From: Coniocarpon cinnabarinum
Taxonomy: Eukaryota
Direction of reading: 5' to 3'
DNA length: 64,000 nt
NCBI GenBank assembly: GCA_051942205.1
Contig: JAVECO010000004.1
Location: forward strand, 186,001-250,000
The notes beneath the pieces are model-generated. The model was not told the origin of the DNA. It made no database searches and saw only the letters and a list, made by a program, of their open reading frames with translations. Positions 1 through 13,725 of the stretch are shown one piece after another. Position 1 is the stretch's first letter. The number at the start of each line of letters is the position of its first letter. The translations under genes were made by a program, and so were the position numbers.

Positions 1-229
1 AAAAGTGTTCTTTAGCCAGTCTCGAGGTTGAAGAGGCGAGAACTGAGATTCAGGAGCTTGGCTCTGCATCCAGCGTCTAAATAGTGACTCGTCAGGGCGG
101 ACCGAAGGCACACGGCAGAAACCGTGATTACGAATACCATGATATTTGGCGGGGGCTAACAGCTGAAAAGCTTGTCGCTTCGCCGTGCTCCGCCTCTGCC
201 GAAAGCGCGTAGCATGCGGCGTGGAAAAA

Positions 230-1277
230 ATGGCGCAAGAGCGTTCCAGACAGTCTCAACAGTTTCAAAGCGTCTTCGCGAGATCGTCGCGCCCTCAGCT
301 ACCTACCTTACCAATCGTGCCAAACAAAAGCTCGACTGCTGAGGCGGAGCAAACAAAGCAGTTGCCGCCTGTCCCGCCAGACCAAGCTCACATTCGAGCA
401 GCGCCCCATGAAACCCAACTTATCTCACCTCGGCGCATGCAATGTGGTCAGGGCTCTTCGATCCCATGTCGTAACGGCAATCCATGGAGCTCATACAAAG
501 TGCTTGGGACGCTAACGCAGGGCAAGACTTCTCTGGTTCTGTGCAGCCCGAATGACAACTCGGAGCCGGTCCTCGTGAAGACCGCACATGGCAAACATGC
601 GAATAAAGAGTTGGAAATATTGAAAAGTCTACAGCATGCGAATATTGTCAAAGTAAAGCAGGCGTTCGTGAATACGCTTAGCGTTGACCTTTGCTTTGAG
701 TATTACCGCTTTACATTGCAGGAGCTGATACATGTACACGTGCCATTCAAAGAGGTCCATGTTCACTCTGTGGCAGCACCAGTAAGTGATGCCGATGTTA
801 CTAGTGCTTCTTTTTGACGATTGCAAATCCAGATATTTCACGCTCTTAAATTCGTGTTCAATAGTGGGTTCACGCATGGTCAGGTCACCCTGAATACGAT
901 ACGTGTCTCCAGCCGTAAACCGTCGGTAGTACTTGGTAGGTAAGACCTTCTTGGCTGTCCCTGATGTCTAACAAGCGATAGCGGACTTTGAGAATTGTGA
1001 AAAAAGAGATGGCGATGAGCGACAGACGGACCTTGAGGCGCTTGCGGCTGTGTTGATACAATGCATGGACCAAAAAATACCTGCACAGCCTACGCATGAA
1101 TACGTGAACAGAATACGAGCTAAGCGTTCCGAGTCACAAGTCTTCGGCATTGACAACGCAGAAAGATGGAGTGGAAGCAAAGATCTTGTCGATTTCCTTG
1201 ACGATCTTTTGAACGAGAACAAGTTGCCCTCATCCAAGTTTGCTAGAATGGTGTGTAAGTCCTCCAAGCTTGTTTGA
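230..1277 (+). CDS. Protein kinase-like protein, probably a pseudokinase (multi-exon; 3' end uncertain)
   Basis: VLVK...ELEILKSLQHANIVKV...LCFEYY kinase N-lobe/hinge pattern. Introns at ~782-832 and ~939-981. Spliced sequence gives HGQV and ADFE in place of HRD and DFG. Confidence 0.65.
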
Positions 1278-1715
1278 ACATTGACTAAAAGCCTAAGCAC
1301 AAATTTGTCGATGCCCACGACCAATTAACGAGAGGCAGCCAAAGGAGCCTGACGAGTATCACGGAGGTGGCGTGTTTCGAATGTGCCGCCCTCTGGTATG
1401 GTGGCCAAAGACGGGATACGGGCGGGGATAGTGCAGATGATAGTAACGAATGAGACAAATGCGATAAAGCCTTGTGCGCCCTTTTGTGCCAGCTAGTGTC
1501 TCGCGCGCGGTTCGCTCGTGAAGACAAAGCACGATAGCCTTCCCTTTACCATACCTTAGCCGCCCCCTTAATATAGTCAAGGCGATGCTGGAGCTTGGTC
1601 AGTGACACATCTTTACATATAAAAGCTCCGCATTCCTCGCTTCTATCAGCATAAAGAATATAAAATCTATGTTATTTTGCCCCTGGTTTGACACTTTATT
1701 GACACAGTTCATTAA

Positions 1716-2300
1716 ATGGAATTGCACATGGAGGCACCTACGCAAGAAGCCTACTCACAAGATGCCGAACGCAATGTACCAGCATTGCAACCCGCGTTCC
1801 TGGTGTCTCAGCAACCTACAACTGAGCTCCTCATGCAAATAGGAAGAATGTATCAGGAGGAGATGTTCGAGCACAAGGCCACGAAAAGGATGCTGCACAT
1901 TCAAACGATGCAGCGTAAGCAGGCCGAGAAAGGACTCTGGGAAGCGCAAATCGGCAATGCAAATGCCGGCCGAATGCTGGAATGGTATCAGCACACCCTC
2001 AACGAGCGGGTTGACTCTGAGCCATTTGTGATCCGACTTCGCGAAGCACTCGAAAATGAGCAGCAGACCTCCAATCTTCTCCGCTCTCAACTGGCTCAGC
2101 TCGAGGAGGGGCTGCCTGGCGGGCGGAGGGAGAGTGTGTGTGATGCCAGCCGTGCCATACAAATCCCTACTGATGAATATCTAGACGACTACTCCTCTGA
2201 ACATGGAGCGGGCCGAGCATCGTCGCGCCACCGTGGACCAGAAACGGAAAGCAAAGGACTACATGCCCTGGAAAAACGGTACTACAAGCAAAGGCAATGA
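1716..2300 (+). CDS. Hypothetical coiled-coil protein
   Basis: 194-aa ATG ORF, E/Q/L/R-rich heptad-like segments, TATA-like sequence at ~1617. Confidence 0.5.
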   Translation: MELHMEAPTQEAYSQDAERNVPALQPAFLVSQQPTTELLMQIGRMYQEEMFEHKATKRMLHIQTMQRKQAEKGLWEAQIGNANAGRMLEWYQHTLNERVDSEPFVIRLREALENEQQTSNLLRSQLAQLEEGLPGGRRESVCDASRAIQIPTDEYLDDYSSEHGAGRASSRHRGPETESKGLHALEKRYYKQRQ

Positions 2301-2503
2301 TAAGCGAGCTCGCGAAGAGGACCCGATTGGAAGTGATCGGAAGCGAAGGGTCGGGAAGCAAGACAGCGTTGAGCTCAGCGAAGAGACAGGTCGGCCTATG
2401 GTTGGGACGGTGGTAGAATAGCATGTTGGGTCGTCACCTTTTTAGTTGAATCTTATTATGTGTCATGCGAAGCGCGCAGAATCTGCGGGCGCGCAGGCAG
2501 CTG

Positions 2504-2640
2504 GTTTGCACGAGCCAGGAGAATATGTGGGCGTGCGACGAGCGTAGGCATTTAGTTTGCACGAGCCAGGAGAATGTATGGGCGTGCGACGAGTGTAGGC
2601 ATTCAGTTTGCACGAGCCAGGAGAACGTGTGGGCGCGCGG
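2504..2640. repeat. 51-bp tandem repeat, about 3 copies
   Basis: GTTTGCACGAGCCAGGAGAA recurs at 2504, 2555 and 2606, with a degenerate copy near 2710. Confidence 0.9.
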
Positions 2641-3062
2641 CGTGTGCGAACAGATCGTTTGCGGGAGCCTTCAGAGTGTAAGAGAAAGTAGGTTGCATGG
2701 CCGGCTTGCTGGTACGAGCCATCGGATAATGTGGGCTCCTAGCCCGTGCGGGCCACGCATCGGTCCGGTTCAAATCCCCAAATCCGGGGGCCCGCACGGG
2801 CGAACTGCGGATCCCCCTCTAGGACCCGTATCTGCCCATGGACTCCAAGGAAAGGAGTCTCAATGCCGCCCCAGTCCCCTGCGGGACGTTCGCGCCGATA
2901 CAAACCGATTGGCCGAGATCTCCCTCTACTCCGTCGTCAGATCTGCGATCTAGAAGTATTGCAGCCCTTGTCCTCGTGTTGAACGACTGTCACGTGTGTG
3001 CGCAGTGACAGCGGACTTTCCGAGACAACAAGAACAGAGGAGAATGCACCATTGCTCATTAT

Positions 3063-3846
3063 CTAAGCTATCTGCAAGTCAAGGCATGAAGTGTAGATTT
3101 GCGGATTGCCAAGTTTGTCCGGCCAGTCCCACACCCAATAGATCGTGTGCGTTGGTTTGAACATCACCAGGGGCAGCGTGACCAGATTTGAACACCACAG
3201 ATTGAGCCCCTCTTCGGGCTGGTCGCCGTGGCCGTACAAGTCCTCCCGCTTTGCCTCGATCTCACTGTCTGTGGAGTACTGATAGCACCTCCCGTCATCG
3301 AAATCAAAGACTCCCAGCAAACTCCCACCATTGACTCCTTTGCGACTGTCTTGAGGCCACCTTTTGTGTACCTTCGAGAGAGTCTCATCTGGGCGGGGCG
3401 AATCGGTGCCGTAAATGTAGACTTTCCCCGGGTTCGGCTTTGTCGGATCTGCCCACGGCTTGGTGATGTGGCCATTTTCGTTGTATTTCAAGATGATACT
3501 GTCTCCAGCGCTTACGAACAATGCATTCTGGAGATCCTGCTCCTGTTGCCTTTCACTACAAATGAAGTCAGCGTCGCTTAATACCGACTCACCTTTTGGA
3601 GGAAGCATATAAGTGTCGTCGGCATCCACGAATCCTGTAAATGATCGAAAAGCTGTTTGCATGAGATGAGTGCACTTGTCGTAGCTCAGGGGACTGCTTA
3701 CTATAGTTACGGATATATCCCAAGCCACCGTAACGCGTTCCGTTGGAAAAAGCGCGCTGCGCCTGCTCCACCCAGCTGTGACCCAGCACACCAAGACTAC
3801 CGGAGCACAACAACGCGGCAGTGATCGAGAGCTTGTAACAATGCAT
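3063..3846 (-). CDS. Secreted fungal protein with His right after the signal peptide (DUF7492-like), 2 exons
   Basis: MHCYKLSITAALLCSGSLGVLG|HSWVEQ. Intron at ~3653-3700. Motifs NGHITKP, GKVYIYGT, FDDGRCYQ, YWVWDWP, YTSCLD. Confidence 0.7.
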
Positions 3847-6800
3847 CGTTCCTCGTTCGCTTGTAAGAGACTTCGATGAAAATAGAAGAGGACTGAGGAG
3901 AATAGGCGTCAATTAGAAGTAGGAGGATTGAAAGGTTTTGGCAGATACCGGTATCTTGGCTAACGGTTACCTGGGTCTTGGCTCACGAACTTTCATTCTA
4001 GCTACCGAGAGAATTTCGCATACCCAACTAAACTCCACTAATCGTGTCCGCGTTTTACGTGTACGATGTCATCGTCCAGACCAAGATCACGTGACGACGA
4101 ACCCAAAGACTCAGAACAGCTGACCTCGCGCCAAACATTTTACCAGCCAGCGACCCAAAAAAATACAACGAATGCGATCGTAGCCACAATCACCTTCGAA
4201 TCTGCCTTCGTTTCAGCGTCATTGCTCGAACATGCTTCATGGTTCGGCCTTTAGCTCATTGAGAGGTGCCACAGGAAGATCATCGGACATACGCTTACTC
4301 GGTACCAGCTCTCCGCTCTGGGCTTGCTGCAAATCTTCCCCGTCATCCTCAATTATGGTGTCGCAGTCATTGCTGTCATCGTGGTGGAAGTCGGGTTGGT
4401 ACATCTTGTTCCCAACCCTGACTTTAGCTTTGCCCGTACTCAGCCTCTCTCTGGTAATCTGATACCTCAGAGATGTGTTTGGAGAAGTCATCTCGTATGT
4501 ATCGACAAATCCACCCCAGCTTAGAAGTTCCTCGCAGGTCCATGTGACAGAAGAAAGATCAACTTTGAAAACGTTCCTAATGTTTGCGAGTTGAAGGCTC
4601 TCCTGAACACATCTCACTTCGCCTGACCACGATCAGTCTGGCCCCAAATAATATTTGGAAACGATACAGACCATCCCCGGTGACCATGTCACGACCTTCG
4701 AACAGAAAGAGCTGGCACCACATGCATGGACAAAGTAGCTCCCCCCAGGAAAGCATGAGAATCTGTGATTTCTTGGCTTCCGGATTGGGCCTTGTGCACC
4801 TTGGACATGGGCAGAACGATACGGCAACAGCCAGACTTTTGCACCAATCACAAAACATCTGCAGCAATTAACACCAATGCTAAAAGACTTTGGGGGAAAG
4901 CGCTTACATGACCACAAACGTCACGGATATAGACATGGTCGTGATCTTTGGGCCGCAACTCTTTGGCACAAAGCGAACACTCCACTGAGAAGATGAAATT
5001 TTCGCTCATGTTCCTTCAAGGCTTGATGTATAAGATGAGTTCGTGTCGAGAGGTTGTCAAGTTCGAGGGACGTTGATCTGGTGATGAGTCTCAGAAGAAC
5101 AAATTGTTTCTGGGGAATCCTCATCTAGTGGGGAGTGCACGCCTGTATTTATATCCAGAAAGGGCGCTAGATTCCAGACCTGAAAGCGATGCCGTGGTAC
5201 AGTGCGTCTCATCCAGAAATAGATCAGAACCAATCAACATACCCACATCTCATTCCACCCCAGGGCTAGGAGCAAGACACGACCATGAGACAAGCTATGC
5301 TGAAGGCTGAATGCATGGATAAGGCGAATCCTCCACAATGGCGTTCAGCGTGCAGTGGCAACGACCCACCTGTTTGAGGATGCGACGGGTGCCTGTTAGT
5401 AAATGAGTGGTTACCATACGCCCTGGACCGCCACCAGCGCCTCGGAAGTTGGCAACAAATTGAGGATCCCGCAGCAAGGGATGAATTGACATGGAATCAC
5501 GTCTGCCTGCCAGCAAGCTAGCGGCGACCGTGTGCCCTCAATGGCGATGTGTGGTCTAGGCACAAGATCATGCAGCTTCACTCGAGCGGCCTGAGGTTTA
5601 CCAACAGCCGTGTGAAACGTACCAACCAGCCAAGCGTGCACTCTACCTTCCTAGAATACCTGGCTGCCATTAAAAATGAATTGATAGGCGAGCGGCATCT
5701 CATTTCCGATCCAGAAACCACCCACATCTATCGCTAGCCTTCCATGAAGTTAGCACTGCCTCGACTAGTGGTCTGGTGATTCGTCACGCAGTGCCCGAGC
5801 ACATTACGATGAGCTCACTTTAATGCACACCTGCAACTCGACATGGCCACCTGCAAGGCTGACTCTGTTTCAATTGGAATTATTGGCAATCAGCCTTCAG
5901 GTCGTAAAATCCATCCTCCGTGTCGAGAGTCAGCATACGCCGACGTACAGGACTGAAAGGAGCCATCCGGTCCAGTCAAGTCAGCAACAGCACCAAGCTC
6001 TGACGTTGGGAGGTAGATGAAGTGACTCACGAGCAGCATTCGTTGGCTATCAACACCGTTCCATCGCTCGATGATGATCGAAATGAATTGTAATGCTACA
6101 CGGGGCAGCGTGGGGCAGCAAGGCAGCGCTCATGCTGCAGGGGCGAGTCTCAGAGTGCAGGTGAAAAGTCGTGAGGGCACGGCGGCTAGAGACCACTGCT
6201 AGATTATTTAACCGTGACTTGGCCCGCTTCATGATAAGCCTGCATCAAAAACGGCCACAGATCCTCAACATGGCTTCTCCAGCAAGAATATGGGTCGTTG
6301 AATATCAAGAATTCCATCCTTGCGACGCAGATTTTACAGATGGATACATGTTCGTCCCCATCTGTGGACATGTACGATATCCCTCAAATGAATAAATTCC
6401 GAGTTTAGCTGATTGATTTTCTTTAGCCCGTTACTCGAATTATCAAAGATTTTTACATTGGTGTTCAGGATTGCCCTGCAATGATCGAGGAATGTGATGT
6501 GATGTGTCCCCCAGAGGAGCAGAAATTTGTTCCTGTAAAGCTGTCTAGCGTGGCATGCCATGCATGTGGGAGTACAAAAGGTCAGAGGATCTATTGTCAC
6601 AATCACCGTATGTATCGTCCGGCCTGAATGGCCCAGCTTTCATTGACTTCAAATAGAGCAAGCAGACTTCTGCGTTGAATGCCACGATCGCACAGACGAC
6701 TCGCTCTGTGCGAATGGTGAGAGTCCATGTTCATCTCGACGGAGCGAGATCAAACTGGAGGCACGGGCGCAGTTCGAAGTGAGGAAGATACGGAAACTGG

Positions 6801-7052
6801 TAGGCAAAAATGCTGGCATGAGCCGTGTAACTTGGCCTGGATGGAAAGGAGACACAGACGAGCCTAATGAGTGGATTTCTCAAAACTACAATGCGGAGAA
6901 ACGGCTTCTAGAGCCATCTAACAGTTATTCCTGAGGTGGTTAGGTCAACTCGAACAATTTCAAGCTTACACCTGAAGTACTCCTAAACTGATTTTGTGAG
7001 CAATTCTTGGTTGCTCACTATTCGCATGGAACTCTGGTGACTTGTGCTCGTC

Positions 7053-8700
7053 TCATCTGGGAGGAAGCTGCCGGCGAACAAAGTAATACTGTGACCGGCG
7101 TGCGCAACAGCCCGCCTCACCAGTCGCTCGTAGCGCGGATGACCCGATACTGTAACGTGTCAACAGCAACACACGAACAGCAAACATGCAGGACATACCA
7201 AAGACTGCCATCCTTCCCATCTCGGCCGACCATTCCTTGTCAAGTGTCCATGGGATTGCAAGATTGGTTCGGGCCTCGAACAGCCGTGGACGACGCTGAG
7301 ACAGTTCCGAATCAGATATATCGAACGGTACATATATCACAATCGTTAGGATTTTCCGAGCATCGTCATCAAGCAGCGCATCCAGCAGATCCTTGACCCA
7401 TGAGATTTGAACTGCAAAAGTCTCAGTGAGACTGTTCATTCCGATAGACAGTCACTTACCGGACGATTCAACCAACCATACGAGCGACACCCGCCGCACC
7501 ATACCTTCTTTTCTATTGTGTGATTCCAGCAAACTTCGGATGTGCAAAATTACTGCTGTGACACCGATACCGCTTGCGAAGAACACGACTTTGTCATACT
7601 GACCGAGATGCTTTGAATGACCATAGGGACCGTCTAGGAGAATGCGCCGACCTGCTGCCTGCCTCACACTGCGGCTAAACCCTTTGCGAGTCTCGATGAG
7701 TAATGCAAGCTCCTGATACTGCGTGTCATGCAACAGCGTTGTCCAAAGGATGTGGTAGGGATGTGATTGGGCCCAGGATAGTGCAAGGCCCCCGATTCCC
7801 GGTATTGTCACGTACAAATACTGACCAGGCTCGAAGTTCCACGACTTCTTGACTTTGACCCACAGAAGTACAGCTTGAACACCGCTCTCGACATCTTCTT
7901 CAAGGTGTTGTATCTTTGCTATACTGGAATCCTGACCCATGTTACGATACAGAAGAGCCATAGCCCACCAAAGACGTTGGAGAAGCCATACAGTGCAGAA
8001 CACCGATAGACAGATGGTGGTCTGAGAGATCCTGAAAGGAATGTGAATCCACAGGAAGATAGGGAGAGAGACTACCAGTCCTGTATGTGTTTTGACGAAC
8101 AGTTCGAACGCATGGTGACGCAAGGGGAGGATCGAAAACACAACAAGAGAAACAACTATAACATAGAGCTGCAAATTGTCAGTCAAAAACTTCGCTCAAC
8201 CGAGCAAACAGCCTTACCGGAAGATCTCCACGACGTGGGGAGCGCGGAGACTTGGTCAGGTAAATCAGGCCGTGGATCGCGCCTTCGATTGCTGCCGTGC
8301 GACCAATCCAGCGGTGGGCAAGGTCACACGTCGCCTTCTCAAGCTTCAAGACTTTGTCGATCACAAGGTTTGTTGAACCGCCAGCACTCAAAAGCACCAG
8401 GTTCGCAACGAAGAGGAGAGCGCTCCTGGTTGCGACTGAGTTGTAATCATGCGCTCGAAACAGAAGAAAGCTGACGTTTGCGACAATGTACAAAATAAGT
8501 AATGTAGAGTCGAGGATTGTTATGTTAGTGGTACCCGCCCTGTGTGTGATGAGAAGTGGATAGTTTGCGTGCGGCCGAACCTCTTCGACATAGAATCTGC
8601 CAAGTTTTCTACCAAGGGCGTACGCAACGCGCAGAACGAGTAACAGACACACCATCGCGCCCGCGCAGATGGCATAGAGAAGGGCCGGCCGCATCTTCAT
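7053..8700 (-). CDS. Ferric reductase-like transmembrane oxidoreductase (Starship FRE type); 3' end approximate
   Basis: Heme His motifs (AHRWIG, KTH..WIH), FAD motifs PGQYLYV and SHPY, NADPH motifs LDGPYG and FASGIGVT. Introns at ~8169-8217 and ~7412-7458. Confidence 0.88.
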
Positions 8701-9005
8701 GGCACACTGTTACATTTGGTAATAAGGACTAGGTTGGGTATCTCGTGTCTATAAAGCAAGCCAGAGGCAATGAGTTGTCGTGATCTTGACCTTTTGATGG
8801 GTACTCTCCGGTATCCACGATACTGACAAGACGCAGCAGTGCCTAAATATTGCTCATGAGCGCTTAATTCGCCAACGATGGCATCACGAGTAGTAATCGC
8901 GCGCGCTTCTGTCGTGCTTGCAGTCAGGACATTAGTACATCGCAATCAGCTAGTAAAACTGACATCCCCAGAAACTCGAACTCGAACACTGTAAATTTCA
9001 CGGTC

Positions 9006-9999
9006 ATGGCTTCTGGCGTTAAGGAGCACAGCGACTCTGCTTTGACTAACGCACGGAGACGGCTAGTGCGGAGGTGGGAGACGCTAGTTACCTCAGCCGA
9101 CCAATTACCGAAGGCTGCGCAACCTCTTGCTGGCATACAAGTTGCTGTCGCAGTCATTGGTGATGGACATGTCTGCCTCTTCAATACGCATGAAAACATT
9201 TGGTCCGAGATAGAGCAGCTCAGGAGGGTGTGTTGCTTGCAGCTGAGTGGAACAATAATGCGTGTGCTAACGATGTACCTACGGATGAACAAAGTAACCG
9301 ACTATCGAAATCCTGCGATCATTTCACGTAAACGTCAAGCGGATGAAGGGCTGAATCGGGGACGTACTGCGAAACGCTTCTCCACTCAGCCGCCACCAGA
9401 AAATGGCAAGTGATAGCAAGTTCATGACTAAACCTGTCTAATTCCTCTCAGATGCAACCACGGGACAGTGCTCACTTGAGGCAGGTGTGTCCAGCGATAG
9501 CTCCGATCAACATTTGGCTAAGCCATATGACTCTTCGAAATTGCAAAGTGAGGACTCCCGTGTCGGTGTTGAAGGTCACGGCGGTACAACGACAGAGTCT
9601 TCAGCACAAGTGCACGTGACTAAGCTGCCGACATTCACCTCGTCAGCTCGAACGACACACGACTGCGGGGAGTCCCAGAATTGTGCTCAAAGCTTGGGGA
9701 AGCCTGCCACGACCCCTTGTTCAACTAACTGGATAGAGGGTGAGGGTCTCTTCAGACGAAAGGATGTTTCGTGCAATCCTCGCTCGAATGATAGCACTGC
9801 ATCGCCGCTCGACTTGCACAGCATCGCGTGCAAAAAAGAGATGCACAGAAGCGCTTTAGATGGAGTAGCAAGCGGTCCGCGAGGCGGCGTTGAGCGCGGC
9901 ACGTCTCCTTGCAACATCGAGCGTATTCGTAGAATGGCGTCAGCATCTCCAAGTCCTGCCAATCGCCATCGCGTGAGGAATCTCTTGAATATATCTTAA
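9006..9999 (+). CDS. Hypothetical protein, probably 2 exons
   Basis: Two same-strand ORFs separated by an intron-like gap (CTAAT...CAG at ~9451). Divergent from FRE. Confidence 0.4.
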
Positions 10000-10645
10000 T
10001 GAGTTGTTCTTACTCCACCATAGATTAGAGGCTAATAGCAACTACGGGCTCGATCTTTTGCTCAATATTTGCGAGTCTAGGCTCCATATTCTAATGCGCT
10101 TCTTGCAGCCAATCAGATGTCAATGGAGTCAGCTTTGCATGTGCGAACCTGCTAAAGAAGAGCAAGCTGCCACAGCGCTTCTTCAAAGTGAGTCTCGTAA
10201 GGTAGGCTAAACATTGCAGGGCCAAGTGTTGATGCCGCAAAAGCGATGGAGAGGCTAGCTGCTGTGAGCGTAACATAGATCTCCCCAAAAACACTGTAAA
10301 TCGTCTGTGCAAATGCTGGGGCATTGCTCATATTGCGCTCACCGCCGATACGTGCACGGCATGATTTCCTCACTCTATCCTGTAACGTCGATGGGGCGCC
10401 TTCTATTGCTCAGAGCTATCCTCTTCACATTCGAACTCGTCCGTTTCACCTTTCGACTGTGCTTGCGGGGGCAAGCTCAACGCGGCCTGCGACTCCGGTA
10501 GTTGGAGATCTGTATGCTTTCGATTTCCAGTCCAGCCATTTTGAACATGTAACTGCAGAGCCAAGCCAAACGCGTCTGCTTGCGATTCCTGTGGTGAGTA
10601 ACCTACGGGATTCGGACCTGTAGCCCGGCCATTTCTAGCATGCAA

Positions 10646-13502
10646 TTACAGACCCAAACCGAACTTGTCTGCATCCAAGTGGGGCAATACGAAGCCCTCC
10701 GGTCTGAGCTTTTTAGAGACGTGCGGCGTTGCATTCTCACTGCTAGGTCTCCGCTTTACTCCTTTCTTTCGACGATATGACGCCAAAAGAAGTCGTTGGG
10801 GCTGTGCCCCCTTCCAAATTTGCCATATGTAATCCAGAGATCTGTGAGCAACGGCTTGGGCAGTTGGTTTGAAGATTGTGACGGTTACGATGGGTTTCTG
10901 AAGCTCGCCGATATATTTTTCGAGATAAGATCTTGCTTCGTCTTCGAGACCTTCCCAAGTTTGGACATTTTGCACGCCGTCCTCGTAGAAGTCCCACGAG
11001 AAAATGAATTTCTCCTGCTTATATTTGTCAAATTGACGCCGACACTTCGCCACGCTTTGGTCTTGTTGCTGCCGACTTCGAGCTTCAGCCGCTTTGCAAG
11101 CTTCGGTCATTCTTCCTTCGAACTTCTGTTTAGCATCTACGCTCTGCTGCTTCAACTGATCAATCTGCACTTGAGCATAATGTAGCCCCTCAACTGCTGG
11201 GCCGACACGATCAAGTTCCTCTTGCACGCCTGCCAACTTACGCTGTGTCGCAGACAGCTCTTCATAAGTGCAGCGAAGCTCAGCCCAGGCATGTGATTCC
11301 GAAGATTGTACTTGTTCGAGTTTTAGATAAATACCTGACAACTCTTCGGTAGTAGGACGTTTCTGTGCCTCTTCCAGTTGTTTTTGAGTGCCTTGTAGAA
11401 CTCGTTGGAGCGTGCTATGTTCGGCCTGCGTCTCAGACATCTGTCGTTGAAGCTCGTGAGAGGCTGCCTTGAGCTGGTCAAGAGAGCGCAGTTGAGTGTC
11501 GCTGTGCAATTGCAGCGATGTTGCGTGCTGTGAGTAGACTCGAGCATCTTCTCTGCTCTTCTCTAGCTCGTCGCGAAGCTGGTCACACGTTGTGCAGGAC
11601 ACATTCAAACCGTGCATTGGGACATCGATAGTAGGCTCTGGTCCCAGTGGTCCCAGTGTGGGTATCTGCAAGCATTAGTAGACGCGCGGAGAGCAGTCGA
11701 TTGGAGCGTACGTTTGTATCTAGCAGACCTAGAAATCCTTGCAAAATGTCACGTTTGACCTGCAGCGAAGTGACTTTACCATGTGGGTTCGGACCATGTT
11801 CCGTTAGGAAGTCGAGATATAAATATTGTTGGTCGTGGAAGTGATCCGCCTGGAATGGCCGACCATATCGCGTTACTGCTTCATGGTCTACTTCCGTTGC
11901 TGTCAGAGGGTCGAGCTCCAAAACGCTTTCCTGGACGCCTTCTTGAGACCGCACGTCGTTGGAAGTCCTGTGGTAGCATCGCAAGACATTGGCGACCTCA
12001 TGCACGGCGCGAGATGGGGCATCGCTGACCCCGGCTGTTGTGAGAACTTCATTGGCCAGTTCTCCGAAGGGATCGGTGTCTTGCAGAGTCTGTGCTTGGC
12101 GGGTTCGAAACCCCAGAGAACTTGCCAAATGCGCGAATCTATGGAGAGTAATTGGGTTCAGTGGCTGGTTTGGAGCGTGCTCGGCACCCCAATCTCGCCG
12201 TGGAGCGTGGTTTGTCAATTCGGAGAAATGTCGCATGGCAAACAGCCAAAGTTGGATGTAGCCTTGTCTCCGCTCCGCCTCAACGTTTCTAGATTCACAC
12301 CAGCGCATTCCTTCCTTAGTCTCGATCACGCGACGCTCACACGACGCCCAGGCATTAGTGAAAGCCTGGCAAATGGTCTTTCTCATCTTGCGCGGAAGAA
12401 TGCAGCGCAGGGCAGCGCAGCAAGGCTCTAGGTACTTCAAATTTTGAAAGAACGTGTTGAGACCGGGTATCAACGTTTCTACGCCCTGAAGATTTTGGAG
12501 GAGGTCTTGACGCGCCGCTGCCCCCGACACACCAGCGAAGACCGTGCCTTCTTTGAATCGATCTTTGATTGTTGCAAAATCGATGCTCTGGGGTGCGAGA
12601 CCCTCGAGAACCTCCACTGTACTCGCATCAAGAATCTGCCCTGGTTGATTGCCCAGTATTTTGGTCCACGTCTGACGAACATGTCTGAGGTAGGTGTGCA
12701 TTTCCTAGGCCGTTAGCGCCTTTTTCGACGCAGAAGACAACCACACTTACCTCATCGCATTTCAAGCTATGGAGCCGATGGAGCGTACCGAGCTGGATTG
12801 ACCGCCATAGCCCAGGGGCATCAAGCAGGTCATCAAAGGCTTCCGTCAGAGCCCTGTTTCTCAATAGTTGTTGAAGGTCTTTCTGCTTTGTGTGGCTGAG
12901 TCGCGCCCACCATCGCTTCTCGGCTCGATGGTCGCCATTGCGGTTGTAGGCACGGATCCTCCAGAAAATCTCACCATCAGTGTAGGGCACAGCGTTGGAG
13001 TACTCCTCAATGACCCCACGGGCGGTACGCTGGGGGATGTCTGTACACTTGTCAGCCATGTTTTGAGCGGGGAAGAACGCTACTTGCCATCTGCAAAGAT
13101 ACGGACACCCCACCACTGATCGTCCTCGTCACAATATCTCTGAGCAGCAAGTACTCGGTGCAGACCATGCAGACAAAATGCCTCTCCAACGCGCAGATGG
13201 GGCAGTGAACCGGACTCGTCGCGCGCCAAGCCTGAATACCCCGGTGCGCCGAGACCGGCTTCATTTATCGCCGCATCCAGTTGATCTCTGCTCAAGATGA
13301 CATTCAAAAGGTTCTCATCCCGGAGGTTGAGGCATCCTTCAATCTTAAATATGCGCAACAACCTCTTGAGCGTTTTTTCAGATACCTCTCGGTGGTTTTC
13401 GTTGAGATGGTGGTCGAATCTAATAGAAGCTAGATCGATGCGAGCCAGGCCCAAGCATGCCCTTTCCCGCACAATGCAGTCTTCGAGCTCTTGTGGATCC
13501 AT
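10646..13502 (-). CDS. DUF3723 domain protein with coiled-coil C-terminus, about 4 exons
   Basis: Motifs CLHGLHRVLAA, WWGVRIF, EEYSN..YTDGEIFWRIR, WWARLS, PGLW, LKCDE, IPGLNTFFQNLKYLEPC and QLWLFAMRHF across ORFs 13080-13502, 12628-13116, 11583-12701 and 10646-11671. Confidence 0.88.
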
Positions 13503-13725
13503 CGCATGGTCGTGACCCGGCTCATATCAGGGTCGAGTCGTTGTCCGCTTGCTTAAGGACATGTCGCGAGGCCTCGCGTTCGATGAAAACCATCGGTCTA
13601 TAGGGCACGATCCTGGCTTCCGACGACGGCGTCAATCGCTTTTCTTTACATTCGTCGCCCTCGCCATCCCCTTACATGCTCATTCGAAGAATCCGTAAGT
13701 CTATGTATTGTAATTTGCACAGATC

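Noticed and set aside
2504..2640. Possible CRISPR array
   Set aside because: Eukaryotic DNA, and the units are whole tandem copies without unique spacers
2465..2953. 162-aa ORF with repeated VCTSQEN motif
   Set aside because: Probably a by-product of the 51-bp DNA repeat (a multiple of 3); no other coding evidence
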